Shown: positions 26,750-36,500, numbered from the stretch's first letter. The stretch: DNA of 64,000 nt from an uncultured Phycisphaeraceae bacterium (GCA_964502445.1 CAZCWM010000004.1:127977-191976); one strand, 5' to 3'. Notes: generated by a model not told the origin, from the letters alone. Program-made: numbers and translations.

Positions 26750-29005
26750 ATGAGCCATCGTCCATGCCCTACAATGCGGGGCATGAGTCGTTTGCCGATG
26801 CAGCCAAGCGCCGCCGCGGACGCCCTGTTCGCCGATCTCAACGGCCCGCAGCGCGAGGCGGTGGCGCATGTCGATGGCCCGCTGCTGGTGCTGGCGGGCC
26901 CGGGCTCGGGCAAGACGCGCGTCATCACCCGCCGCATCGCCCACCTGATCCGCGGCCAGGGCGTCGCCCCGTGGCACATCCTGGCCATCACGTTCACCAA
27001 CAAGGCGGCTGGCGAAATGCGCGAGCGCGTCGCGGGGCTGCTCTCGCCCGTCGAGGCTCGGCGCACGACGGTCTGCACGTTCCACGCCTTGTGTGCCCGA
27101 CTGCTGCGGCAGTATGGCGACCAGCTCGGCCTGCCCGCGGCGTTTTCGATCTATGACACGACCGACCAGCAGCGGGCCATGAAGCAGGCCCTGACCGACG
27201 CGGAAGTCTCGTCGAACCATTTTCCGCCGTCGAAGGTGCTCGCGGCCGTCAGCCACGCCAAGAATGAACTTCTGGACGCCGACGCCTACGCCGCCAGCGT
27301 CAGCGATTTCTACCACAAGAACGTCGCCAGGCTCTACCGCGCCTATCAGCGGATTCTCGCCCGCTCCAACGCCCTTGATTTCGACGACCTGCTGCTCAAG
27401 ACCGTTGAGCTGCTGAAGATTGAAGCCCTGCGGACGCAGCTTCAGGAGCGTTTCCAGTACCTACTGATCGACGAATACCAGGACACCAACCGGGCCCAGT
27501 TCACCATGGCGTCGTTGCTTGCGGCGGCGCACCGCAACATCTGCGCCACGGGCGACCCGGACCAGTCGATCTACCGCTGGCGCGGAGCCGACATCCGCAA
27601 CATCCTCGATTTTCAGAGCCACTACCCCAACGCGGCCGTGGTGCGGCTGGAGCAGAACTACCGTTCCACAAAGCGCATTCTCGAGGCGGCCGACACACTT
27701 ATCCATCACAACACGCAGCGGCAAGCCAAGGCGCTTTTCACCAACAACGAGGAGGGCCAGCCGATCCGTCTGCTCACGTGCGTTGACGAACGGCACGAAG
27801 CCAGATGCATCGTCGAGCGGCTGGTCGAGCTGCACGACCGCGAGAAGCTGCCGTGGTCGGAGATGGCGCTGTTTTACCGCACCAACAGCCTGTCGCGCGT
27901 GCTCGAGGAAGCGTGCCGCACCGCGTCGATCCCTTACCAGATCGCCCGCGGCACCGCGTTTTACGAGCGCAAGGAGATCAAGGACGCGCTGGCGTACCTG
28001 CGGGCCATCGCGAATCCCGCGGACACGATCAACCTCGCCCGCATTCTCAACACCCCGGCCCGCGGCATCAGCGACAAAACGCTCCAGGCGCTGCAACTGC
28101 ACGCCCTCAACGTCGGTGCGACGCTTTGCGACGTGCTGCATCGCGTGGGCGAGATTCGCAGCCTCAATGCCCGGGCTGTCTCGGCGGTCGTGAAATTCAC
28201 CAGGCAGCTCAGCGCCTGGCGGCATGAGATCGAACATGACGGATCTGACATGTCGCTGCGAGGGTTCGTCGAGCAGGTGCTGCGCGACTCGGGTCTGGAA
28301 GATTACTACCGCAAGGATGCGTCCGACCCGGACGAAGAGCGGCTGGCCAATCTCGGTGAACTCATCACTGCCGTGCAGCAGTTCGAGCAACAGCTCGTCG
28401 ACGAGCAGTTGCAGGGGGGTATCGACGAGCCTTTGCCCCTGGGCGAGCGTCTGAACCGCTATCTCGAACAGGTGAGTCTGGTCAGTGATATCGACGGGCT
28501 GGACACATCGCAGGGCGCGGTGACGTTGATGACGCTGCATGCGGCCAAGGGCCTGGAGTTCGCGGCCGTGGCGATCGTCGGGGTCGAGGACGGCCTGCTG
28601 CCGCACAGTCAGTCGTCGGACGATCGGCAGGAACTGGAGGAGGAGCGTCGGCTGGCGTTCGTGGGCATCACCCGCGCCAAGCGGTTCCTGAGTCTCTCGC
28701 ACGCCCGCTACCGGACGATTTTCGGCCGCACCGAACCCACGATCCCTTCGCGCTTTCTGCGCGAATTGCCCCAGGAGCGGATCGAGAGCATCGACCGCAC
28801 CGACGAAGAGGGGCTCGACACGCCCTCGCGCGACACGCAGGCGTTGCGCTACCCGCCGGGCACGCTGGTGCGCCATCCGAGCTTCGGCCTGGGCCGCGTG
28901 GTCCGCGTGCAGCCGCACCGTTCCCAGACGCGCATTCAGGTGCAGTTCAACACCTCGGGCGTCAAAACGCTGATCCTCGAATACGCGCCGTTGGAGCGGG
29001 TGTAG
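26750..29005 (+). CDS. ATP-dependent DNA helicase, UvrD/PcrA/Rep family
   Basis: LNGPQREAVAHVDGPLLVLAGPGSGKTRVITRRIAHLI, ILAITFTNKAAGEM, LLIDEYQDTN, YRSTKRIL, TLHAAKGLEFAAV and AFVGITRAK are SF1 helicase motifs I through VI. Confidence 0.9.
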   Translation: MSHRPCPTMRGMSRLPMQPSAAADALFADLNGPQREAVAHVDGPLLVLAGPGSGKTRVITRRIAHLIRGQGVAPWHILAITFTNKAAGEMRERVAGLLSPVEARRTTVCTFHALCARLLRQYGDQLGLPAAFSIYDTTDQQRAMKQALTDAEVSSNHFPPSKVLAAVSHAKNELLDADAYAASVSDFYHKNVARLYRAYQRILARSNALDFDDLLLKTVELLKIEALRTQLQERFQYLLIDEYQDTNRAQFTMASLLAAAHRNICATGDPDQSIYRWRGADIRNILDFQSHYPNAAVVRLEQNYRSTKRILEAADTLIHHNTQRQAKALFTNNEEGQPIRLLTCVDERHEARCIVERLVELHDREKLPWSEMALFYRTNSLSRVLEEACRTASIPYQIARGTAFYERKEIKDALAYLRAIANPADTINLARILNTPARGISDKTLQALQLHALNVGATLCDVLHRVGEIRSLNARAVSAVVKFTRQLSAWRHEIEHDGSDMSLRGFVEQVLRDSGLEDYYRKDASDPDEERLANLGELITAVQQFEQQLVDEQLQGGIDEPLPLGERLNRYLEQVSLVSDIDGLDTSQGAVTLMTLHAAKGLEFAAVAIVGVEDGLLPHSQSSDDRQELEEERRLAFVGITRAKRFLSLSHARYRTIFGRTEPTIPSRFLRELPQERIESIDRTDEEGLDTPSRDTQALRYPPGTLVRHPSFGLGRVVRVQPHRSQTRIQVQFNTSGVKTLILEYAPLERV

Positions 29006-29106
29006 GAAGAGCGGGAGTCTTTCCCGAATTTCTCCGAGCCGACCTCTATGCCGCCCGTCCCGGTTCACAGAGCCCGGCTCGGTTCTTACGCGGCTACAAT
29101 GACGCC

Positions 29107-29775
29107 ATGTCCGTGCGCATCAAGATCTGCGGGATTCGTGAGCCAGAGCACGCCCGTGTCGCCGCTGAGGCGGGGGCCGATGCGATCGGCCTGGTGTTCG
29201 TCGAAAGCTCGCCACGCCACGTCACCTTGGACCAGGCGCGAGCGGTCATCGACGCCTTGCCGCCGTTCGTCGAGCCGGTCGGCCTGTTTGTCAACGCCAC
29301 GCTCAGCCAGGTGCGTACCACGTCGACGGCGCTGGGTCTGCGCATGGTGCAGTTGCACGGCGGCGAGGAGCCGGCCTATGCCCGCGAACTGGCGCCGTTG
29401 CGGATTCTCCGCGGCATCGCGTTTGACGCCGCGACATTCACCGCCACCGCGCGCCTGTGGGCGGAAATGTGCCCGAATCTCGCTGGTCTGCTGGTGGATA
29501 CGCCGCCGTCGCCTGACGCCGCGGCTGCGGGACGCACGGGCGGATCGGGTCATTGCTTCGACTGGCAGGGTCTGGCGCGGGCGTGCTTGGCTGTGGGCGA
29601 CGAGGTTCCGCCGCTGATGCTGGCGGGCGGGTTGACGGCCGACAACGTCGCCACGGCGATCGCGGCCGTGCGGCCATGGGCGGTGGACGTGTCGTCCGGC
29701 GTGGAAAGCTCGCGCGGGGTCAAGGATGGCAAGATGATTCGCCGCTTCTGCGCGGCGGCGCGCAACGCTCAGTAG
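29107..29775 (+). CDS. trpF: N-(5'-phosphoribosyl)anthranilate isomerase
   Basis: IKICGIREPEHARVAAEAGADAIGLVFVESSPRHV...VGLFVN...VQLHG...LAGGLTADNV...PWAVDVSSGVE is canonical TrpF. Its 3' end overlaps the convergent sulfatase gene by 7 nt. Confidence 0.9.
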   Translation: MSVRIKICGIREPEHARVAAEAGADAIGLVFVESSPRHVTLDQARAVIDALPPFVEPVGLFVNATLSQVRTTSTALGLRMVQLHGGEEPAYARELAPLRILRGIAFDAATFTATARLWAEMCPNLAGLLVDTPPSPDAAAAGRTGGSGHCFDWQGLARACLAVGDEVPPLMLAGGLTADNVATAIAAVRPWAVDVSSGVESSRGVKDGKMIRRFCAAARNAQ

Positions 29776-31232
29776 ATCTGCAAACCCCGTTTTTCGCGTT
29801 CGCCGTCGAACCACGCTTCGGCCTGGCCGTTGAAGCGCGGCAACTGCTTGACGCGCAGGCCGGATTTCCCGGCGTCTTCGCAGGCGGCATAGAAATCGTC
29901 GATCTGTCGCTCGAGCGTGTTGAACGTCCGGGCCAGTTCGGGGTCCGTCTCACAGCGTGGCGTCAGGTTGTGCTTCTCGTCGGGATCGCGTTGCAGGTCG
30001 AACAGTTCGTGCGGTCCGTTCGGATAGCGCCAGACGAGCTTGCACCGGGGTGTGCGTGCCATGCGCAAATCGCCGTATTCGCCGATGCGTGTGTCGTCCC
30101 AGTCGGCGGGGGCTCGACCGGTGGCGAGGGGCATGAGTGAACGGCCGGGGTATTGCCGATCGCGCCGAGACGGCTGCGTCAGATCGACGTCGGCGGCCTC
30201 GCACAGGGCTTGAAACAGATCGTAATGGTCGGTGCAGCGGTCGACGACGCTGCCGGCGGGGACGCGCCCCGGCCAGCGCATCAACATGGGTACGCGAATC
30301 GATGTTTCATACATGTTCAACGGGCGGGTGCTGTTGCCCTTGCCCCAGAAACCCTGGTGGCCGAGGCTGCAGCCGTGATCGGAGACGTAGATGACCAGCG
30401 TGTTGTCGCGCTGGCCGGTTTGGTCGAGGTGGGTCAGCAGCCGGCCGACGCCGTCGTCGATATTGGTCACCGCCGCGTAATAGCCACGATAGAACTGTCT
30501 GAGGTGCGCCGGCTCGGTGCGGTGGCCGTGCAGACCTTCGGCGCGGTGCCAGGGGTGTGGCGAATACGCGGGGATGTCACGGAATGTCGCGTGTTCGTAC
30601 CGGGCGAGATAGGCGGGATCCTGGGTGTGGTACGGCGAGTGCGTGGCGGTGTAGCCGACGTGCAGAAACCACGGCGCAGTGGTCGATCCGTCCGCGGCCG
30701 CCCGCGTGATGAAATGCATGGCGTGGTCGGTGACGATCCGCTCGCGGTTGCCTTCATAATCCTTGAGCTGGCCGTTGTCGCCGAAGGTGCACTTGCCGTG
30801 GTGATTGTGCTGGCCGTGGAGCATGCCGAACCAGTCGTCGAAGCCGGGCTTGGGCAGGTGCGAGGCGCCCAGGTGCGTCTTGCCCGACTGACCGCAGCGG
30901 TAGCCGACCTCGTGCAGCAACTGGCCGAGGGTGATTTCGTCGCGCAGCCAGTCGATGTCGCGGATGCCGGGCTGGTTTTCGTTGAGCCAGTCGTGGATGC
31001 CGACCTGGGAGGGCGTGCGGCCGGTGAGGATGCAGGCGCGGGCTGGCGAACTGACGGGACACGGCGTGAAGTGGTGGTCGAAACGTGCGCCCTCCGCGGC
31101 AAGGCGGTCGAACGCGGGCGCCTGGATCTCGCTGTTGCCGTAACAGGGCAAGGCCCACTGGCCGTGGTCGTCGGTGACGAAAAGCAGAATGTTGGGGTGG
31201 GCCGCCATGATGCGTCGAGGGTACCGGCTCAT
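29769..31232 (-). CDS. Sulfatase (arylsulfatase family), Ser-type active-site motif
   Basis: NILLFVTDDHGQWALPCYG... followed by the signature PVSSPARACILTGR, where canonical proteins have C-x-P-x-R. Also HGCSLGHQGFWGKG. No N-terminal signal peptide is visible. Confidence 0.85.
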   Translation of the reverse strand: MSRYPRRIMAAHPNILLFVTDDHGQWALPCYGNSEIQAPAFDRLAAEGARFDHHFTPCPVSSPARACILTGRTPSQVGIHDWLNENQPGIRDIDWLRDEITLGQLLHEVGYRCGQSGKTHLGASHLPKPGFDDWFGMLHGQHNHHGKCTFGDNGQLKDYEGNRERIVTDHAMHFITRAAADGSTTAPWFLHVGYTATHSPYHTQDPAYLARYEHATFRDIPAYSPHPWHRAEGLHGHRTEPAHLRQFYRGYYAAVTNIDDGVGRLLTHLDQTGQRDNTLVIYVSDHGCSLGHQGFWGKGNSTRPLNMYETSIRVPMLMRWPGRVPAGSVVDRCTDHYDLFQALCEAADVDLTQPSRRDRQYPGRSLMPLATGRAPADWDDTRIGEYGDLRMARTPRCKLVWRYPNGPHELFDLQRDPDEKHNLTPRCETDPELARTFNTLERQIDDFYAACEDAGKSGLRVKQLPRFNGQAEAWFDGEREKRGLQIY

Positions 31233-31268
31233 GGCGGCCAGGCAACCCGCGGCGCCCTCCGCGGCGCG

Positions 31269-32382
31269 TCAGGCGTGGGCCTTCTCTTTCGCCCGGCGGC
31301 GCAGCTCGGCCTCGATGAAGCCCTGAAGATCGCCATCGAGCACCCGCTGGGGGTTGCCCACTTCGTGGCCGGTGCGGATGTCCTTCACACGGTTGTCGTA
31401 GATCACGTAGCTGCGGATCTGCGTGCCCCAGCCCATGTCGAGTTTGCCGCCGGTGGCCGCATCGAGCTCCTGCTGTCGTTTCTGCTCCTCCATGAGTTCA
31501 AGCTTGCCGCGCAGAATACCCAGGGCCTGCTTGCGGTTCTGCTCCTGGCTTTTGTGGACGGAGCAGACGATCTGAATGCCGGTGGGAATATGGGTGAGTC
31601 GCACGGCCGTGGCGACCTTGTTCACGTTCTGGCCGCCCGGGCCCGACGAGCGGGCGAAGCCGATGATCTCGACGTCTTTCTCGTCGACCTGCACGGCGCC
31701 GTCTTCGTCGAACTCGGGCACGACGTCGACGGCCGCGAAGCTCGTCTGCCGCTTGCCCTGGGCGTTGAAGGGGGAGACGCGAGCCAGGCGGTGAGTGCCG
31801 CGCTCCGCAGAGAAGTAGCCGTAGGCCATCGGACCCTGGATGTAAAGCGTGACGTCCTTCAGGCCGGCCTCTTCGCCAACGGTCTTGTCGATCTCCTGAA
31901 CCTTGAAGCCGGCATTCTCGCAGTAATGCAGGTACATGCGCAGGAGCATCTCGGTCCAGTCCTGGGCCTCGACGCCGCCCTCGCGGGCATAGATGGTCAT
32001 GTAGCAGTTGCGGCCGTCGTACTTGCCCGACAGCAGCGAGAGCGTCTCGACACGCTCCAGGCGTTCTTCTAGCTTGTCGATCTGGGCGTCGACTTCTTCT
32101 CGCGTTTCCTGGTCGTCGGCCTCTTCGGCCATATCCCAGAGCACGCGGGCTTCCTCGACGGCCCGCATGGCGCTGCGCAGCGGATCGACGCGTGACTTGA
32201 CGGCCTTCATCTGGACGACAGTCTTGTTGGCCGCGTCCGGGTCGTCCCAGAAATGCGGATCGGCCATGCGCTTCTCGAGTTCCTGAAGCTCGGCCAGCTT
32301 GCGATCGTAGTTAAAGAGAGTCGCGGATCGTTAAAATCCGCGCCTCGAAGTCATCGAGAATGCCGGGGATATTGTCGCGCAT
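31269..32382 (-). CDS. prfB: Peptide chain release factor 2, requiring a programmed +1 ribosomal frameshift
   Basis: The frame-0 segment 32382..32314 encodes [23 protein letters not shown] and ends at CTT TAA C (TAA at 32313..32311). The +1 frame from 32312 continues [24 protein letters not shown]..., which aligns with the RF2 N-terminus. The SPF tripeptide (RVSPFNA) and GGQ ([10 protein letters not shown]) are present. The ORF track only shows 31269..32267. Confidence 0.9.
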
Positions 32383-32470
32383 CGGTGGCGTGGTTCCAGG
32401 AAAAGGCGGACCGGGCGATTCGCGTCGTCGCGGGGGAAAGGACATAGCTTAGCAGCGCCGCCGACAACCG

Positions 32471-33754
32471 TCATGCCGCCGGACGGCAGCCGGTCGCCAG
32501 TTGCACCGCCGCGTCGACAACCCGGTCGCCGGCATCCTCGTGCAGGCAGCTGGACGTGATGAGCGTGCACTCGTACCCGCCGCCATCGAAGGCGCGGCGC
32601 GTCGGGAGGTAGCCGACCATGCCGTTGGCCGCGCCGACGACGTGCGTGCCGGGCACAGGGCTGGCGGCCTTGATCCGCAGGCCCAGTTGTGCGAACGGTT
32701 CGGCGGGAATGCCCACGAAGGCGTGGTCCGGTCCCAGGTACAGGCACTGCAGCTCGGCGGGGAAGTGGTCGCGGTTGGCCTGCTTACGGCGCAGGCGCTC
32801 GATCAGGGCGTCGTAGAGTTCATCGTCGCGAAAGCGCTGGCGGCGGGCCATGTCGCGGCCGTAGCGGCCGTCGATGTCGCGCCAGGGCAGGCGCAGGGTG
32901 ACGCTCCTGCCGCTGAGGGTCAGGTGATCGGTCATGGGCGCCTGGGCCGCGAGCCGCGCCGCATGGTCGGCCAGCGTCTCGCCGATCCACAGGGGATCGC
33001 CATTGTGGCCGGGGTTGAGCGTGTTGGTGTGATGCACGTCACCGAAGGCGCCGTTGAGCAGCAGGCCGACGCACGACGGGCCCATCCGCTGCTTGAGGTG
33101 CGCGGCCATGTGGCCCGGCCAGTCGGCGCAGATCATGGGCGAGCCGCCGAAGTGCGTGGGATGGCAGGCGAAGTTGACGATCATGCCCAGGCAGCGGTCG
33201 GCCAGATCATTGACCACCATCACCGCCAGCTCGGGGTCGAGTACACTTTCGGCGCAGCGGATGCGTGAGCGATCGCGCGGATGGCACTGGACCGAGCCGT
33301 CGTCGAGTATGAAACGGCGGATAAAGGACACGCGGTCCTCGAGCCCGCGGCTGAAACCGACGCGGGCCGGCGCCAGCGCCTCGCAGGCGCGGCGCAAACC
33401 CTCCGCGACCCGAGGCAGCAGACATTGGTCGAGATAGGCGTCGTCGCGCGGGACTTCGCCGGTGTGGCTGGTGGCCGGACCGCAGTGCGTGTGCGTGGCG
33501 GCGATCATGAGATGCCGTGGCTGAAAGCCCAGTTCGGCGGCCGCACGCCGCATGCGGTCCACTTCGGTCCAGCGAACGCTCAGCAGGTCAAGGCTCACGA
33601 AGCCGATGCGGGTCTGATCATCATCGAACACCGCCACGCGCGCCAGCAGCGGGTCGCGCACGGTTTCGGCCGTAACACGGGTCAGCCAGCCGATCTTGTC
33701 GCACGGGAGGGACGGGGTGATGTCGATTTCAGCAAATCCGGCTCGTAGCGTCAT
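32471..33754 (-). CDS. Neutral/alkaline ceramidase N-terminal-domain-like hydrolase (paralog 1)
   Basis: ATG 33754. MTLRAGFAEIDITPS..., DPLLARVAVFDD..., the zinc-site-like IAATHTHCGP, RVSFIRRF, NFACHPTHFGG, LNGAFGDVH and GGYEC. No signal peptide. The ORF-track N-terminal extension to 34327 overlaps the upstream paralog and is rejected. Confidence 0.65.
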   Translation of the reverse strand: MTLRAGFAEIDITPSLPCDKIGWLTRVTAETVRDPLLARVAVFDDDQTRIGFVSLDLLSVRWTEVDRMRRAAAELGFQPRHLMIAATHTHCGPATSHTGEVPRDDAYLDQCLLPRVAEGLRRACEALAPARVGFSRGLEDRVSFIRRFILDDGSVQCHPRDRSRIRCAESVLDPELAVMVVNDLADRCLGMIVNFACHPTHFGGSPMICADWPGHMAAHLKQRMGPSCVGLLLNGAFGDVHHTNTLNPGHNGDPLWIGETLADHAARLAAQAPMTDHLTLSGRSVTLRLPWRDIDGRYGRDMARRQRFRDDELYDALIERLRRKQANRDHFPAELQCLYLGPDHAFVGIPAEPFAQLGLRIKAASPVPGTHVVGAANGMVGYLPTRRAFDGGGYECTLITSSCLHEDAGDRVVDAAVQLATGCRPAA

Positions 33755-33779
33755 GATGGTCCACCCTTCACCCAAGATA

Positions 33780-35048
33780 TCATGCATCAGCCGCATCGCA
33801 TAGCAGACAGACGGCGGCATCCACCAGCCGTCGTCCCGCTTCGGGCGCGAAGCGGCTGGCCGGGAACGTGCATTCGTAGCCGCCTCGGGCCACCGCGTCA
33901 GGAAACGGCATGTAGCCGATCGAGTCATTGCCGTTGCCCACGATGAAGCTGTAGTCGAAGGGGCTGTCTTGCTTGATCTCGATGCCCAGGCGCGTGAACA
34001 GCTCGCAGCCGACGCTGATAAAAGCCGCCTGCTCCCCCCCCAGGGTGACCGCCTGCAACTCAAGCTCGTAGGCATCGCGCCCGGCACGCCAGGCGTCAAA
34101 GCGCTGACGGGCGGCCGCGACCACGTCCGGGGCAAGAAACATCTGGTGCGGCCCATACACTTTGTCGGGGTCGCGGAACGGCAACGCGACACAGGCCTTG
34201 GACGCGCCGACATGCATCGCATGCCGGTATTCGCCGTGTTCAGCCAGATCGACAACCCGATCGGCCAGGGTGCGGCCGATGCGGTCCACGTCCTCGTCCA
34301 CCGTGGGGTCCAGGCGATTCTGGGCATGGACGTCGCCGAAGGCGCCGTTGAGAAAGACGACGCCGCACGATTGCCCGAGTCGCTGGCGAACGCGGTCCAC
34401 CATGCGTCCCGGCCAGCCGCGCTGCACGGTCTGGTCGCCGCCGAACTGCGTGGGGTGCAGGGCGAAATTCACCACCAGGCCGCGCATCGCGCCGCCGGGG
34501 CTGCGCAAAGCGATCACGCCCAGCTCGGGGTCGATCGGACTTTCCACGCAGCGGATGTTCGGGTCGCCAGGCCTCGGCTGGCTCTTGACCGACCCGTCTT
34601 TCATGAGGCAGCGGCGAATGAAGCTTACCCGTCCCTCGACACCGCTGGCCACGCACGCCTCGACCGGCGCCAGGGCGCCACAGGCCTCACGGATCGCGCT
34701 CACAAGTCGCGGGCCGACGAACTCGACGGTGTAAGGCACAGTGGTCTGGATGGGGCGGTCATCGGTGAACCCCGGAGCCGCGTGGTTGTGCGTCGCGCCG
34801 AGGATCAGATCGCCGCCGGGCAGACAGTCGGCTGTGCGCTGCCGCACGTGTTCGGTCAGACGCCGCGGCGTCCAGCACAGATCATGCGACACCAGCGCCG
34901 CCCGCCGCCGACCATCGTCGAGCACGGCGACATGGGCGAAGATCGGCTCGACGATCCTGTCGATGACGATCGGATGCGACCAACTGAGTTTGTAACCGCC
35001 GACCGACGGCGTGATGTCGACCTGAGCGAAGCCGGCTCGGAGGGTCAT
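33780..35048 (-). CDS. Neutral/alkaline ceramidase N-terminal-domain-like hydrolase (paralog 2)
   Basis: ATG 35048 lies 4 nt after the DegT stop, with a GGAG inside the upstream gene. MTLRAGFAQVDITPS..., LGATHNHAAPG, RVSFIRRC, NFALHPTQFGG, LNGAFGDVH and GGYEC are clearly paralogous to 32471..33754. Confidence 0.65.
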   Translation of the reverse strand: MTLRAGFAQVDITPSVGGYKLSWSHPIVIDRIVEPIFAHVAVLDDGRRRAALVSHDLCWTPRRLTEHVRQRTADCLPGGDLILGATHNHAAPGFTDDRPIQTTVPYTVEFVGPRLVSAIREACGALAPVEACVASGVEGRVSFIRRCLMKDGSVKSQPRPGDPNIRCVESPIDPELGVIALRSPGGAMRGLVVNFALHPTQFGGDQTVQRGWPGRMVDRVRQRLGQSCGVVFLNGAFGDVHAQNRLDPTVDEDVDRIGRTLADRVVDLAEHGEYRHAMHVGASKACVALPFRDPDKVYGPHQMFLAPDVVAAARQRFDAWRAGRDAYELELQAVTLGGEQAAFISVGCELFTRLGIEIKQDSPFDYSFIVGNGNDSIGYMPFPDAVARGGYECTFPASRFAPEAGRRLVDAAVCLLCDAADA

Positions 35049-35052
35049 GAGG

Positions 35053-36348
35053 TCACTCCCGTGCAGGCGTGGCATTGATGAGCACGTCGGCCTGTTCGAG
35101 CACTTTGCGGATGGCGCGGGCGACGGCACGGGCGGCGTCGCGGCCGTTGGGCGCCCGCAGCGGCGATCCCAGACAGAAGTGGGTGTCGCAGTGTCGTTGG
35201 GCCACCGGGAACTTCGCGGGGTCGTAGTCGACCTGCCCGGCCTGAGGCAGGGACCACGGGACGCCTTGGCCGTAGGCGTTCCTGGCCTTGAAGACGGTCA
35301 TGTCGGGCAGGATGAATCGCTGCCAGACCATGGCTCGGGCGCCCTCGGCGTTCATGGCTTTGAGCAGCTTGTCACGCAGAGCGACCGGCGGGCCGTCATA
35401 ACCCCAGGCCGTCGGATCGATGCGCAAGGTAGCGTTGTACCAGTTGTGCATGTGGCCTTGCGGCTCGGTGGGCAGGATCAGGCCGGGCGCGCCTTCGAGT
35501 TCCGCAAACAGGGCGGCTGCATTCTCGCGCTGCCGGGCGATGTAGCCATCAAGCTTGGTGAGCTGGGCCCGGGCGAAGGCGGCGCCCAGGTCGTCGTTGC
35601 GGTACATCCAGCCCAGGGCGTAGGCGTGATAGTCCCGGCTCTGGGCCGGGGTCGCGGTTTCGCCGAACGACCAGATCTGCAGGGCCTTGAGGTGCAGATC
35701 GTCGTCATCGGTGACGAACAGGCCGCCCTCGCCGCCGCACAGGCACTTGTTCTGGTTGAGGCTGAAGGCGGCGCAATGCCCGAAGGTGCCGACCTTGCGC
35801 CCTTTGAACGTCGCGCCGTGACTTTGACAGGCATCCTCGATCACCATCAGCTTGTGGCGACGGGCGATATCCAGCACGACGTCCATATTCACGGCGAGCC
35901 CATGCAGGTGTACGACGATGATGGCCCTGGTCTGAGGCGTGATGGCCGCTTCGATCTTCGTCACGTCGATGTTCATCGTCTCCCAGTCGATATCGACGAA
36001 GACGGGGATGGCGTTGTGGTGCAGGGCGCAGGTCGCGGAACTGGACCATGTGTAGGCGGTGACCAGCACGTGATCGCCAGCCCCGCAGCCGACGGCGGCG
36101 ACGGCCATGTGCAATGCAGCCGTACCGGAGTTGGTGGCGATGCAGCGGCGGTTGCCGTTCCACGCGGCGAATTCGTCCTGCAGCTTGACGCAGTTGGGCC
36201 CGAACGTGTGGGCGTCACTCTCGAGCGATGCCATCACGTAGCGCCGGTCGATCTCGCCGATCGGCGGCCAGGGCTGCAGCAGGTCGTCGGGCACGGCCTT
36301 GGGCCCGCCGAGAATCGCCAGGGTGTCGGTTGCGTGGGGCATGGGCAT
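35053..36348 (-). CDS. DegT/DnrJ/EryC1/StrS family PLP-dependent aminotransferase
   Basis: LAILGGPKAVP..., EFAAWNGNRRCIATNSGTAALHMAV..., AGDHVLVTAYTWSSSATCALHHNAIPVFVDID..., IVVHLHG and FSLNQNKCLCGGEGG (Lys in the expected Schiff-base context). A GGAGA RBS precedes ATG 36348. Confidence 0.85.
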   Translation of the reverse strand: MPMPHATDTLAILGGPKAVPDDLLQPWPPIGEIDRRYVMASLESDAHTFGPNCVKLQDEFAAWNGNRRCIATNSGTAALHMAVAAVGCGAGDHVLVTAYTWSSSATCALHHNAIPVFVDIDWETMNIDVTKIEAAITPQTRAIIVVHLHGLAVNMDVVLDIARRHKLMVIEDACQSHGATFKGRKVGTFGHCAAFSLNQNKCLCGGEGGLFVTDDDDLHLKALQIWSFGETATPAQSRDYHAYALGWMYRNDDLGAAFARAQLTKLDGYIARQRENAAALFAELEGAPGLILPTEPQGHMHNWYNATLRIDPTAWGYDGPPVALRDKLLKAMNAEGARAMVWQRFILPDMTVFKARNAYGQGVPWSLPQAGQVDYDPAKFPVAQRHCDTHFCLGSPLRAPNGRDAARAVARAIRKVLEQADVLINATPARE

Positions 36349-36500
36349 GTCTCCAGTGGTGGCGCCCCATCATCATCATCGCCGCGCCGCCCCCGGCAAG
36401 GGCGCAAGGTTGTCCGCAATGTGTGATGTCTTGCACTGCCGCCCCGTCGGCGCGGTGAGTCAGTCGATGCCGTGAACTTCCATCCGCAACCAAGCCGGCG

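Noticed and set aside
30153-32072. 639-aa ORF on the plus strand
   Set aside because: It runs antisense across both the sulfatase and prfB, two unrelated and clearly identifiable genes.
33755-34327. 191-codon N-terminal extension of the first ceramidase-like ORF
   Set aside because: It overlaps the C-terminal third of the upstream paralog in another frame. Both paralogs align from MTLRAGFA, and ATG 33754 has a purine-rich RBS.
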